Shown: positions 27,279 through 36,101 of the stretch, one piece after another
Numbering within the stretch: the first letter of the stretch is position 1
Layout: every line of letters starts with the position of its first letter
Assembly: GCA_903907835.1 (NCBI GenBank)
Contig: CAIVPQ010000006.1
Location: forward strand, 1-46,551
Source: an uncultured Actinomycetes bacterium
Lineage (GTDB): Bacteria > Actinomycetota > Actinomycetes > S36-B12 > UBA5976
DNA: 46,551 nt
Direction: 5' to 3'
The notes under the pieces: model-generated
The model's input: only the letters and a program-made list of their open reading frames with translations
What the model was told of the DNA's origin: nothing
Databases searched by the model: none
Program-made: the position numbers and the translations under genes

Positions 27279-27397
27279 ATCGCTTGCTTCGCATCCATTT
27301 GGCCTGGCCTTGTCAGATCGGATTGATTTCCGATTGCAGCAATCCTGAACGGATTGCGTAATCGGTCCGCAAATCCCACTGATTATTTTTCGCACAT

Positions 27398-27450
27398 TGC
27401 AAGCCAAATCGCTTAACGCGATTGGCGCAATGGCGGTGCCGGTGGGAACC
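27398..27450 (-). repeat. 53-nt direct repeat, tRNA-proximal copy
   Basis: Perfect copy of 27226..27278, offset by 172 nt. The ORF-track peptides VPTGTAIAPIALSDLAC appear twice because of this repeat. Confidence 0.9.
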
Positions 27451-27510
27451 GTCATTAATTACCTTCGCTTCGCGAAGGGTTCGATTCCTCCCAAATCCAT
27501 TAGGCACCGC

Positions 27511-27542
27511 AAATCAAAGAGCCCCGTCAGGGACGGGGCTCT
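27511..27542 (-). terminator. Rho-independent terminator downstream of tRNA-Ser
   Basis: AGAGCCCCGTC / GACGGGGCTCT forms a perfect 11-bp stem with a 3-nt loop, followed on the minus strand by TTTGATTT. Confidence 0.7.
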
Positions 27543-27549
27543 TATCGTG

Positions 27550-27636
27550 CGGTGCCGGTGGGATTTGAACCCACGGAGGGCGTTAACCCTCACACGCTTT
27601 CGAGGCGTGCTCCTTTGGCCGCTCGGACACGGCACC
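27550..27636 (-). tRNA. tRNA-Ser (anticodon CGA)
   Basis: Folded by hand: acceptor GGUGCCG/CGGCACC, D arm UCC-GAGCGGCCAAA-GGA, anticodon arm CACGC-CUCGAAA-GCGUG, long variable arm, T arm GUGGG-UUCAAAU-CCCAC, discriminator G. CCA is not encoded. Confidence 0.9.
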
Positions 27637-27686
27637 GTTGACAAGATTACTCGCTAAAACGAACAACACGAAAAAACTTCTTTCAG

Positions 27687-28145
27687 CTAGCGCTGGGCCT
27701 TGAAAAAATCACTCAACAGATTGGCACAATCAGCAGCCAGTACACCAGAAGTCACTTCCATCCGATGCGGTAAACGTCGATCGCGCACGACATCCCAAAG
27801 TGAACCAACTGCGCCGGCTTTCTCATCAAAAGCGCCAAATACCAATCTGGCTACCCGCGTTTGTACCGCCGCGCCAGCGCACATCGTGCAAGGTTCAAGA
27901 GTCACAACTAGCGTGTGATCATCCAAACGCCAAGATCCTAAAGTTTCAGCTGCCTGACGAATAGCGACAATCTCAGCATGACCCACCGGATCTCCAGCAA
28001 CTTCACGATTGTTAAATCCGCGACCGACAACTTCACCCTGTGGATTGAGCACGATTGCACCAACTGGTACATCGCCTTGCTGCCCGGCCACGGAAGCAAG
28101 GTCAATAGCCTGCCTCATCCACAGCGCATCGTCAGTTTTGGTCAT
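27687..28145 (-). CDS. tadA: tRNA-specific adenosine-34 deaminase
   Basis: Zinc motifs HAEIVAIRQA and PCTMCAGA. I prefer the ATG at 28145 (MTKTDDALWMRQAIDLA) over the track's TTG at 28172. Confidence 0.9.
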   Translation of the reverse strand: MTKTDDALWMRQAIDLASVAGQQGDVPVGAIVLNPQGEVVGRGFNNREVAGDPVGHAEIVAIRQAAETLGSWRLDDHTLVVTLEPCTMCAGAAVQTRVARLVFGAFDEKAGAVGSLWDVVRDRRLPHRMEVTSGVLAADCANLLSDFFKAQR

Positions 28146-28402
28146 GCTCTGATTCTGGCAGATTTCTTTCAAACAAATACCCGGCTGCGAATTCGAACTA
28201 CGACCAAGGAATTGCTAGGCTGTCCAACAGGTCAAGAGTGGTAGCGCTAAGTCCCGGCTCGTTACCCGACAACCCTTGCAACCGCGATGGGGTGCCCCGG
28301 ATAAAGACCTGGTCACACAAGTGGCAAGCGCGGGTCCAAATGGACCCAAGTAAATTGAGAAATCAATTTACTCTGATGTGTTCAATGCAAAGGGAGTAAT
28401 AC

Positions 28403-29230
28403 ATGAAAACAACAACAAAACGCGCACTCGCAATTTTTGCCGGCAGCGCACTTCTAGTAACTTTGAGTTCCTGTTCGTCCAGTAAATCATCTGCGTCTTC
28501 TTGTGAAGACACTGTTACGCCCGGGAAACTAACAATTGCTACGGGCGAGCCTGCTTACTACCCATGGGTAATAGATGACAAACCAGAAAGTGGCGAGGGC
28601 TTTGAGGCGGCAGTCGCTAATGCAGTTGCAACAAAACTTGGTTATGAAACAGTAGATGTTAAATGGGTCCGTACTTCATTTGATAGTGCGATTGCACCAG
28701 GAGAAAAGACTTTCGATTTCAACATTCAACAGTTCTCAATAACTGAGGATCGCAAGAAGGCAGTTGATTTCTCAAGCGCTTACTACACCGCTCCTCAAGC
28801 AGTTGTTTCCTACAAGGGAAGCGCTATTGAAGGCAAAACAACTCTGGCAGATCTTGCTGGAGCAAAGCTCGGTGCTGCGGTAGGTACAACTTCACTTGAT
28901 GCAATCAAGGATCAAATCGGTTCTCAGCCACAGGTGTTCAATGACAATGCTGCTGGCGTAACTGCACTGAAGAATGGTCAGATTGACGGGCTAGTCGTTG
29001 ACTTGCCAACTGCCTTTTACCTTTCAGGTGTTGAAGTGGAAAATGGTCTAATTGTTGGCCAACTTCCTTCGACCGGAGCAGGCGACCAATTCGGTCTGCT
29101 ACTGGGTAAAGATAGTGGCTTTACTCAATGCCTCACCGATGCAGTCGATGCACTTAAGGAAGATGGCACAATCGATGGCTTAGCTGAAACTTGGCTAGGC
29201 AATGATGCGGGAGCGCCTGTCCTTAAGTAG
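28403..29230 (+). CDS. Polar amino acid ABC transporter substrate-binding lipoprotein
   Basis: Lipobox LSSC. Family-3 SBP features (KLTIATGEPAYYPW, FDFNIQQFSITEDRKKAVDFSSAYY, DGLVVDLPTA). Confidence 0.85.
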   Translation: MKTTTKRALAIFAGSALLVTLSSCSSSKSSASSCEDTVTPGKLTIATGEPAYYPWVIDDKPESGEGFEAAVANAVATKLGYETVDVKWVRTSFDSAIAPGEKTFDFNIQQFSITEDRKKAVDFSSAYYTAPQAVVSYKGSAIEGKTTLADLAGAKLGAAVGTTSLDAIKDQIGSQPQVFNDNAAGVTALKNGQIDGLVVDLPTAFYLSGVEVENGLIVGQLPSTGAGDQFGLLLGKDSGFTQCLTDAVDALKEDGTIDGLAETWLGNDAGAPVLK

Positions 29231-29249
29231 GGACAAGCGTAAAAGTTCT

Positions 29250-30143
29250 ATGACACAAAACGATAGCCCGGCTCAAAGTGATTTGAGTCGGGCTTCGTCA
29301 TGGTCACCCAGCCCAAGGGAACTAGAGCGTCGAATTCAACGCCAAAATCACGCGCGATACCGTGTGCGAATTGCAAGTTTTACTTCACTTATTTTTATTG
29401 GAGTAATTGCCGGCGGAATTTATTTCTCGCCAGGCCGCAAAGTCGTTGCTGAAACATTCTTTGATTGGAATTATGGGCGCGAAGTTTCGCACTTGGTATT
29501 CCGCGGTTTAATAACGAATCTGACATTGACAGTGGTGGCTGCGGTTTGCATCGGCGCCTTGTCACTTCTGCTTGCTTTGGCTCGGACGTCTCGCTCGGCG
29601 GCACTAACACCTGTGCGCTTCTTGGCTACTGCCTACGTTGACATTTTCCGAGGTGTCCCTTTACTCCTGACTATTTTGCTGATTGGTTTTGGCTTACCCG
29701 CGTTACGTATCTCATGGCTAACTTCGAATGTCACAGTATTAGGAACAATCGCTGTGGTGCTGACCTACTCTGCATATGTCGCGGAAGTTTTACGAAGTGG
29801 CATTCTTTCGGTCCACCCAAGTCAACGCGCAGCTGCTCGTTCCTTGGGTTTGACTGCAAATCAGACTATGCGATTTGTTGTTTTGCCTCAGGCGTTTAAA
29901 CGAGTGATTCCACCGATACTCAATGACTTTGTTGCCTTACTTAAGGACACTGGTCTTGTCTCTGTTCTAGGTGTTACCGACGCTATCCGCGCTGCGCAAA
30001 TTGAAGGATCTCGAACATTCAATTACACACCGTATGTGATGGCGGCAATCATGTTTTTAGCCATCACAATTCCATTAACTCGTTATACCGATTACATGTT
30101 GAAGAAATCCATTGATCGCCAGAATGCTCAGGGAACAGCATGA
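29250..30143 (+). CDS. Amino acid ABC transporter permease (HisM/GlnP family)
   Basis: EAA-like loop SVHPSQRAAARSLGLTANQTMRFVVLPQAFKRVIPPILN. I prefer the ATG at 29250 because the track start at 29202 overlaps the upstream gene. Confidence 0.85.
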   Translation: MTQNDSPAQSDLSRASSWSPSPRELERRIQRQNHARYRVRIASFTSLIFIGVIAGGIYFSPGRKVVAETFFDWNYGREVSHLVFRGLITNLTLTVVAAVCIGALSLLLALARTSRSAALTPVRFLATAYVDIFRGVPLLLTILLIGFGLPALRISWLTSNVTVLGTIAVVLTYSAYVAEVLRSGILSVHPSQRAAARSLGLTANQTMRFVVLPQAFKRVIPPILNDFVALLKDTGLVSVLGVTDAIRAAQIEGSRTFNYTPYVMAAIMFLAITIPLTRYTDYMLKKSIDRQNAQGTA

Positions 30144-30883
30144 ATGTTTTAGAAGTTCATGGGGTGCGCAAAACTTTTGGCAATGAGGTTGTACTCGCGG
30201 ATTTATCGCTGAATGTTCCAGAGCATTCTGCCACTGTTCTCATAGGTGCATCCGGCTCAGGTAAGTCGACGTTATTGCGGTGCATCAACTTACTCGATCG
30301 TGTTGATGATGGCGTGATCTTGCTTGATGGCGTGGAGATTACCGATCCACTAATTCATGCAGATGGAGTGCGCAAACAATTGGGAATGGTTTTTCAATCA
30401 TTCAATCTTTTTCCGCACATGAGTGTTCTAGACAACATCACACTCTCGCCGATTCGAGTGCATGGCGTGGAAAAGTCACGAGCTGAAGATGAGGCGATTA
30501 CGCTCCTGCGCAGATTCGATTTGGTTGATAAGGCGAATCAATTCCCCGATCGTCTTAGTGGCGGGCAACAGCAAAGAGTGGCAATCATTCGCTCAATAGC
30601 CGTGCGCCCGAGACTGCTGCTACTTGATGAAGTCACATCATCCTTAGATCCGATACTTGTCAATGAAGTGTTAAGCATCGTCCGTGACCTGAAAGCAGAT
30701 GGAATGACAATGGTGCTAGCCACTCATGAAATGGGATTTGCAACTCAGGTTGCCGATGAAGTCTGCTTCCTGGATGCTGGCAAAATTCTCGAACGAGGTT
30801 CTGCCCAGCAGGTTTTGGAAAATCCGCAGAATCCGCGGACTCAAGATTTCTTACTTAAAGTGCACCAAGCAGGCCGGCTCTAA
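30140..30883 (+). CDS. Amino acid ABC transporter ATP-binding protein (GlnQ-like)
   Basis: GASGSGKSTLLRCIN, LSGGQQQRVAIIRS, LLLLDEVTSSLDP, ATHEMGFA. Confidence 0.9.
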   Translation: MNVLEVHGVRKTFGNEVVLADLSLNVPEHSATVLIGASGSGKSTLLRCINLLDRVDDGVILLDGVEITDPLIHADGVRKQLGMVFQSFNLFPHMSVLDNITLSPIRVHGVEKSRAEDEAITLLRRFDLVDKANQFPDRLSGGQQQRVAIIRSIAVRPRLLLLDEVTSSLDPILVNEVLSIVRDLKADGMTMVLATHEMGFATQVADEVCFLDAGKILERGSAQQVLENPQNPRTQDFLLKVHQAGRL

Positions 30884-30892
30884 CAAGTTCGG

Positions 30893-31225
30893 TTATTCCA
30901 GGGTGAGAATTCGAGCATGTAAAGATGTGCGTCCCTGAAGAGCTGCACGAACTGCGCGGTGAAGCCCATTTTCTAGGTAAAGTTCACCTTCCCAGCGCAC
31001 AACATGGGCAAATAGATCGCCAAAAAAGGTTGAATCTGTTGCCAAAAGAGCATTTAAGTCAAGGGTGCTACGAATTGTTGAAAGGTCAGATAGGCGAATC
31101 TGTCGAGGTGCCAACTCACCCCACTGCTCACTGGAAATATCAGGTTGTGGGTAGGGGCGCTCAGCTAAAACTGACTTAAAGATCACCTTGTCAGGATACG
31201 CAATTAGTATTGGTAATACTGACAT
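30893..31225 (-). CDS. Hypothetical 110-aa protein, possibly ParB/Srx-like fold
   Basis: Clean ORF. The segment LYLENGLHRAVRAAL resembles the DG-HR--A motif of ParB N-terminal/sulfiredoxin-like domains. This is a weak recognition only. Confidence 0.4.
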   Translation of the reverse strand: MSVLPILIAYPDKVIFKSVLAERPYPQPDISSEQWGELAPRQIRLSDLSTIRSTLDLNALLATDSTFFGDLFAHVVRWEGELYLENGLHRAVRAALQGRTSLHARILTLE

Positions 31226-31345
31226 TTACAAATGAAGAATTAAGAGTGTCTTATTGGCTTGGGTCAGTCTAAGCAATTTAGGACAACTGCCATTTGAGTA
31301 GTACCGTAAAGAGTTATCTGAGCCAAGGAGTGTCGTACCTAACAC

Positions 31346-33322
31346 ATGGGTATTAAAAAAGTTTTTCGTTCACCAGTTTTTTGGATTGCACTTGCTGTAA
31401 TTGCCCTGCTCCTGGGTAGCAACACGTTCTCGAACAGCAGCAAGGGTAGCAAGGTTGACACTTGGAAAGTCATAAATGCCATTCAAAATGGTCGCGCGGA
31501 ATCAGTTATTCTCGTTGACAAAGATCAAGTAATCCGGGTCACGCTTACCAATGGTCAGAAAGAGTCAGCTGACTTTATTGCGGGTCAGGGTACTGATTTA
31601 GTTGACCTGTTACAGAGTGCTAAAGAAGCCGGTAACTTGCCAGGTGGATACAACATTGAGGTACCGCATGAGTCCTTGTTGACCAGCCTGCTACTTTCAA
31701 TTTTGCCTCTCATTCTGATACTGGGTCTGCTGTTTTTCTTCATGGGCCAGATGCAGGGCGGCGGCAGAATGATGTCGTTCGGTAAGTCAAAAGCAAAATT
31801 AATTACCAAAGACATGCCACAAACAACATTTGCTGATGTTGCGGGTGCCGATGAAGCAGTTGAAGAGTTATATGAAATAAAGGAATTCCTTGCAGACCCA
31901 GCTAAGTTCCAAGCGGTGGGCGCAAAGATTCCCAAAGGCGTATTGCTTTACGGTCCGCCAGGAACAGGAAAGACTCTTTTAGCTCGCGCAGTTGCAGGCG
32001 AAGCAGGAGCGCCGTTCTTCGCAATTTCTGGCTCTGACTTTGTTGAAATGTTCGTTGGAGTTGGCGCGAGCCGCGTCCGCGATCTGTTCGAGCAAGCCAA
32101 GCAAAATGCTCCAGCAATTATCTTTATCGATGAAATTGATGCGGTTGGCCGTCATCGTGGTGCGGGAATGGGTGGCGGACATGATGAACGCGAACAAACC
32201 CTGAACCAAATGTTGGTCGAGATGGATGGCTTTGATGTCAACACTGGCGTGATTTTGATTGCTGCAACTAACCGTCCTGACATTCTTGATCCAGCACTAT
32301 TGCGCCCGGGCCGTTTTGATCGCCAGATTGCGGTTGGCGTGCCAGATCTGCTTGGCCGTCATGCAATCTTGCAGGTTCATGCCAAAGGCAAGCCAATCGC
32401 TGAAGGCGTTGACTTATTGGCTGTCGCGCGACGTACCCCCGGATTTACTGGTGCTGACTTAGCCAATGTATTGAATGAAGCGGCATTACTTACTGCACGT
32501 GAAAATCAAACTTTAATCACTGATGCAATTTTGGACGAGTCAATTGATCGGGTAATGGCGGGTCCACAAAAGCGCACAAGAATCATGAGTGATCAGGAAC
32601 GCCTAATCACTGCATATCATGAGGGTGGTCACGCGTTAGTCGCTGCTGCTTTGCCTAACACTGACCCAGTTCACAAAATCACAATTTTGCCACGTGGTCG
32701 TGCTTTGGGTTACACAATGGTCTTGCCAGAATCTGATAAGTACTCAACTACTCGCAGTGAAATGCTGGACCAATTGGCATACATGTTGGGCGGTCGCGCT
32801 GCAGAGGAAATGATTTTCCATGATCCAACAACTGGCGCAAGTAATGACATTGAGAAAGCAACTTCAGTCGCGCGCAAGATGGTTACGCAATATGGAATGA
32901 GCGAGCGTTTAGGTGCTATTCGCTACGGTCAGGAAAATGGCGAAGTGTTTATGGGTCGCGACATGGGACATGCTCGTGACTATTCCGAAGATGTTGCTGC
33001 AATTATCGACGAAGAAGTAAGAGCCTTCATTGATGTCGCACACCACGAGGCTTACGAGATTCTCGAAACTAACCGAGATGTACTTGATGCTTTAGTACTT
33101 GAACTTCTGGAAAAAGAAACCTTAGGTCGCGAACAGATTGCTCAAATCTTCGAGCCTCTTGTTCGTCGAGCAAATAGACCAGCTTGGACTGGTTCAGCTA
33201 GAAGATCTCCAAGCAATCGACCTCCAGTTTTGGTTCCACCGACTCCAGAGGCTGAACCTGCAATTGTGAATGCGAATGAGGAATCAGACCTTGATACAGA
33301 AACCCCTGCGGGCGAAGTGTGA
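31346..33322 (+). CDS. ftsH: ATP-dependent zinc metalloprotease FtsH
   Basis: Two TM helices. AAA+ Walker [12 protein letters not shown], Walker [33 protein letters not shown], and zinc site HEGGH. Confidence 0.95.
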   Translation: MGIKKVFRSPVFWIALAVIALLLGSNTFSNSSKGSKVDTWKVINAIQNGRAESVILVDKDQVIRVTLTNGQKESADFIAGQGTDLVDLLQSAKEAGNLPGGYNIEVPHESLLTSLLLSILPLILILGLLFFFMGQMQGGGRMMSFGKSKAKLITKDMPQTTFADVAGADEAVEELYEIKEFLADPAKFQAVGAKIPKGVLLYGPPGTGKTLLARAVAGEAGAPFFAISGSDFVEMFVGVGASRVRDLFEQAKQNAPAIIFIDEIDAVGRHRGAGMGGGHDEREQTLNQMLVEMDGFDVNTGVILIAATNRPDILDPALLRPGRFDRQIAVGVPDLLGRHAILQVHAKGKPIAEGVDLLAVARRTPGFTGADLANVLNEAALLTARENQTLITDAILDESIDRVMAGPQKRTRIMSDQERLITAYHEGGHALVAAALPNTDPVHKITILPRGRALGYTMVLPESDKYSTTRSEMLDQLAYMLGGRAAEEMIFHDPTTGASNDIEKATSVARKMVTQYGMSERLGAIRYGQENGEVFMGRDMGHARDYSEDVAAIIDEEVRAFIDVAHHEAYEILETNRDVLDALVLELLEKETLGREQIAQIFEPLVRRANRPAWTGSARRSPSNRPPVLVPPTPEAEPAIVNANEESDLDTETPAGEV

Positions 33323-33933
33323 CAAGTGTAGATCCGATTGAAAGATTGCCAGAGCCACCAGCTCGGCAACCTTTCGATTCTGCTCGAGTCGAAGCAGCCA
33401 TTCGCGAACTGCTCATTGGAATTGGCGAAGATCCAGACCGAGAAGGTTTGGCCAAGACTCCAAACAGAGTTGCTAAATCCTATGAAGAGATTTTTGGCGG
33501 GTTGCACCAAACAGCAGAACAGGTTTTAACAACTACATTTTCAATTGGGCATGAAGAATTAGTGGTTGTTCGAGACATCCCGGTTTATTCAACCTGCGAA
33601 CACCATTTATTGCCATTCCATGGTGTTGGTCATGTCGGTTACATCCCCGGTGAGGACGGTCGCATCACGGGGCTATCAAAGATTGCTCGTCTAGTGGATT
33701 TGTATGCACGACGACCACAGGTACAAGAGCGTCTAACCACTCAGATTGCGGATGCAATGGTAAACATTCTGAATGCTCGTGGTGTGATTGTGGTTATTGA
33801 GTGTGAACACCTTTGCATGTCTATGCGCGGAATTCGCAAACCTGGATCAACAACTTTGACGTCCGCTGTTCGTGGCCAGTTACGAGATGGCGCAACTCGG
33901 GTTGAAGCTATGGCTCTGATCAAAGGCAAGTAA
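33319..33933 (+). CDS. folE: GTP cyclohydrolase I
   Basis: [13 protein letters not shown] and [11 protein letters not shown] motifs. GTGA overlap with ftsH. Confidence 0.95.
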   Translation: MTSVDPIERLPEPPARQPFDSARVEAAIRELLIGIGEDPDREGLAKTPNRVAKSYEEIFGGLHQTAEQVLTTTFSIGHEELVVVRDIPVYSTCEHHLLPFHGVGHVGYIPGEDGRITGLSKIARLVDLYARRPQVQERLTTQIADAMVNILNARGVIVVIECEHLCMSMRGIRKPGSTTLTSAVRGQLRDGATRVEAMALIKGK

Positions 33934-33935
33934 TC

Positions 33936-34784
33936 ATGTTGAGACCGAGTGGCCTGCCTGAAGAATTACAAACTCTCGAGCGCACACTCGTCATGGGAAT
34001 TTTGAATGTGACTCCGGACTCTTTTAGCGATGGCGGAAAGTTTGCTACTACCCAGCATGCGATTGCCCAAGGACTTCACCTAAAGTCAACGGGAGCCGAC
34101 ATCATCGATGTTGGTGGGGAGTCAACCCGTCCAGGAGCGAGCAGGGTTTCAGTTCAAGAGGAACTTGATCGCGTGATTCCAGTTGTTGCGGGTCTGTCTG
34201 AACGTGGCGTAACTGTGAGTGTTGACACCATGCGAGCTTGCGTGGCACGCGAAGCGACTAGGGCAGGTGCCAAAATTATCAATGATGTAAGTGGGGGTAA
34301 ATCAGATCCCGACATGTTGACAACTATGGCTGACCTTTCCATCCCATTCATTTTGATGCATTGGCGCGGACCTTCAGATGCAATGGAATCTCTGGCAACA
34401 TATCAAGATGTCGTTGGGGATGTCTGCGTTGAATTAGGAAACCAAGTAACGAGAGCGATTGAAAGTGGCATCAAGCATGAAAACATTGTGCTTGATCCAG
34501 GCTTGGGATTTGCAAAGACGGTCGAGCAAAACTGGCCCCTCTTGCAAAATCTTGATGCATTACAGAACTTAGGTTTTCCGCTTTTGGTAGGCGCATCGAG
34601 AAAGAAATTTCTAGGCGAGTTGTTAGCAGATGAAAATGGCGCACGTGGCGTTGATGAACGCGAGGCTGCTACTACAGCGATAACAACAATGCTGGCCCTG
34701 CGCAGAGTATGGGCTGTTCGCGTTCATAACACCCAAGATGCGTTTGATGCAGTCACTGTTGTGCAAAGATTGCAGATATTATGA
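33936..34784 (+). CDS. folP: Dihydropteroate synthase
   Basis: MGILNVTPDSFSDGG, IIDVGGESTRPG, LDPGLGFAKT, GASRKKF. Confidence 0.95.
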   Translation: MLRPSGLPEELQTLERTLVMGILNVTPDSFSDGGKFATTQHAIAQGLHLKSTGADIIDVGGESTRPGASRVSVQEELDRVIPVVAGLSERGVTVSVDTMRACVAREATRAGAKIINDVSGGKSDPDMLTTMADLSIPFILMHWRGPSDAMESLATYQDVVGDVCVELGNQVTRAIESGIKHENIVLDPGLGFAKTVEQNWPLLQNLDALQNLGFPLLVGASRKKFLGELLADENGARGVDEREAATTAITTMLALRRVWAVRVHNTQDAFDAVTVVQRLQIL

Positions 34785-35137
34785 CTGACCGAATCGTAGT
34801 AACTGGCATTCGCGGTTTTGGCTTTCACGGTGTCTTACCCGAAGAGCGAATTGCTGGACAAGAGTTCATCGTTGATTTGGAAGTAACTTCAAATTTTTCC
34901 CAGGCAGTTGAATCGGATGACGTGCTTGAAACCGTGAACTATGCCGAACTTGGGAAAATAGCCTACGAAGCAATTGTCGGACCAGCATTCAACCTAATTG
35001 AAAGCCTCGCTGATGTGATTGCTAAAAACTGTTTGGCATTAGAAAAAATACAAACAGTTTGTGTGACAGTGCACAAGCCAAGTGCCCCACTGGGTGTGCC
35101 CTTTAATGACGTGAAAGTTGTTCGATGCTTGCCTTAG
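34781..35137 (+). CDS. folB: Dihydroneopterin aldolase
   Basis: 118 aa. GFHGVLPEERIAGQEF.VDL...NYAEL pattern. Position between folP and folK. Confidence 0.9.
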   Translation: MTDRIVVTGIRGFGFHGVLPEERIAGQEFIVDLEVTSNFSQAVESDDVLETVNYAELGKIAYEAIVGPAFNLIESLADVIAKNCLALEKIQTVCVTVHKPSAPLGVPFNDVKVVRCLP

Positions 35138-35646
35138 CAAGGATTGCCTTGAGTCTTGGCTCGAATCTAGGCGATCGATTCGCGCATCTTGAGCGTGCGG
35201 TAGAAATTATCAAGAACAACACCAGCATCTTTAATGTAAGACTTTCAAATGTTTATGAAACAAAGCCAATCGGTGGACCAGAGCAAAATGACTACCTGAA
35301 TGCAGTTCTAGTTGCCGATACAAGTCTCTCGGCCTTTGAAGTCTTGGAACTCGCCAAAGTTATCGAACTGGATGCTAATCGAGTGAGAGAAATACACTGG
35401 GGGCCTCGGTCAATTGACGTTGACATCTTGACTGTAGATCAAGCAGTCCTTGATGGTATTGATTTGACCTTGCCACATCCTCGGCTAAGTGAACGAGCAT
35501 TTGTATTAGTGCCGTGGAATGAGGTTGATCCAAATTTCGTGGTGCCAGGTCTAGGAGCAGTTTGTGATTTGTTAAGCCGAGTTGATGGCTCAGGGGTATT
35601 GCTTAGATCTGAATTATTGCTAGAGGAAAAGGATGATGACGAATGA
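35125..35646 (+). CDS. folK: 2-amino-4-hydroxy-6-hydroxymethyldihydropteridine pyrophosphokinase
   Basis: ALSLGSNLGDR, WGPRSIDVDIL, LPHPRLSERAFVLVP. Confidence 0.9.
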   Translation: MLALARIALSLGSNLGDRFAHLERAVEIIKNNTSIFNVRLSNVYETKPIGGPEQNDYLNAVLVADTSLSAFEVLELAKVIELDANRVREIHWGPRSIDVDILTVDQAVLDGIDLTLPHPRLSERAFVLVPWNEVDPNFVVPGLGAVCDLLSRVDGSGVLLRSELLLEEKDDDE

Positions 35647-36101
35647 ACCTTCGTGAGACTAAAATCCAAACCTTGTTTTTACTGATGGTTCTCGGTGGAG
35701 CATTGGGCTGGGCAATTGGCCTAACTTGGCCAGCACTATCTGGTTTTGAATTTCAGATTTCTTATCTCTCCGCAATTTTTATGTTACTTCTTGCAGCAAC
35801 ACTTTTATTCTGGACCTTGACCAGTCGAAAAAAATTACGGAGCGGAGTTGAGTTCTCAACACACAGTTCACGTGTTATAGCTCGTAGCGCTGCGTTGGCT
35901 ATGGCAACCTCACGCGTCTCTTCCCTTGCACTAGGTCTTTATTTAGCTCTAGGAATTTATAACAAGGTAGTTTTGAACACACCGGCAGGAGATTCAAGAT
36001 TTCAAATCTCTCTTTTTACCTGTCTCGGATCACTTGCCTGTGTTGCAGTCTCCGTTTGGTTAGAAAAAATCTGCAAACTACCAACGCAAACTAAGCGTTA
36101 A
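35643..36101 (+). CDS. DUF3180-like small membrane protein
   Basis: Four hydrophobic segments. It occupies the conserved actinobacterial position directly after folK, with an ATGA overlap. Confidence 0.55.
   Translation: MNLRETKIQTLFLLMVLGGALGWAIGLTWPALSGFEFQISYLSAIFMLLLAATLLFWTLTSRKKLRSGVEFSTHSSRVIARSAALAMATSRVSSLALGLYLALGIYNKVVLNTPAGDSRFQISLFTCLGSLACVAVSVWLEKICKLPTQTKR

Noticed and set aside
27226-27450. The two 53-nt repeats as a CRISPR array
   Set aside because: There are only two copies, separated by a 119-nt spacer. The repeat is longer than typical CRISPR repeats, and no cas genes or leader are present in the window. The repeat content is tRNA-derived.
27152-27507. Three overlapping small minus-strand ORFs (75, 84 and 64 aa) sharing the peptide VPTGTAIAPIALSDLAC
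   Set aside because: The shared peptide is simply the translated 53-nt DNA repeat. The ORFs overlap one another in a tRNA-flanking non-coding region and have no RBS or recognisable domains.
28190-28345. SRP (4.5S/ffs) RNA, expected near tRNA-Ser in many actinobacteria
   Set aside because: I looked on both strands for the domain IV signature (GGUCC-GGAA-GGAAGCAGCC-like, GNRA tetraloop flanked by the conserved loops) and for a long terminal helix, and found neither. The region is kept only as an unexplained structured-looking spacer.
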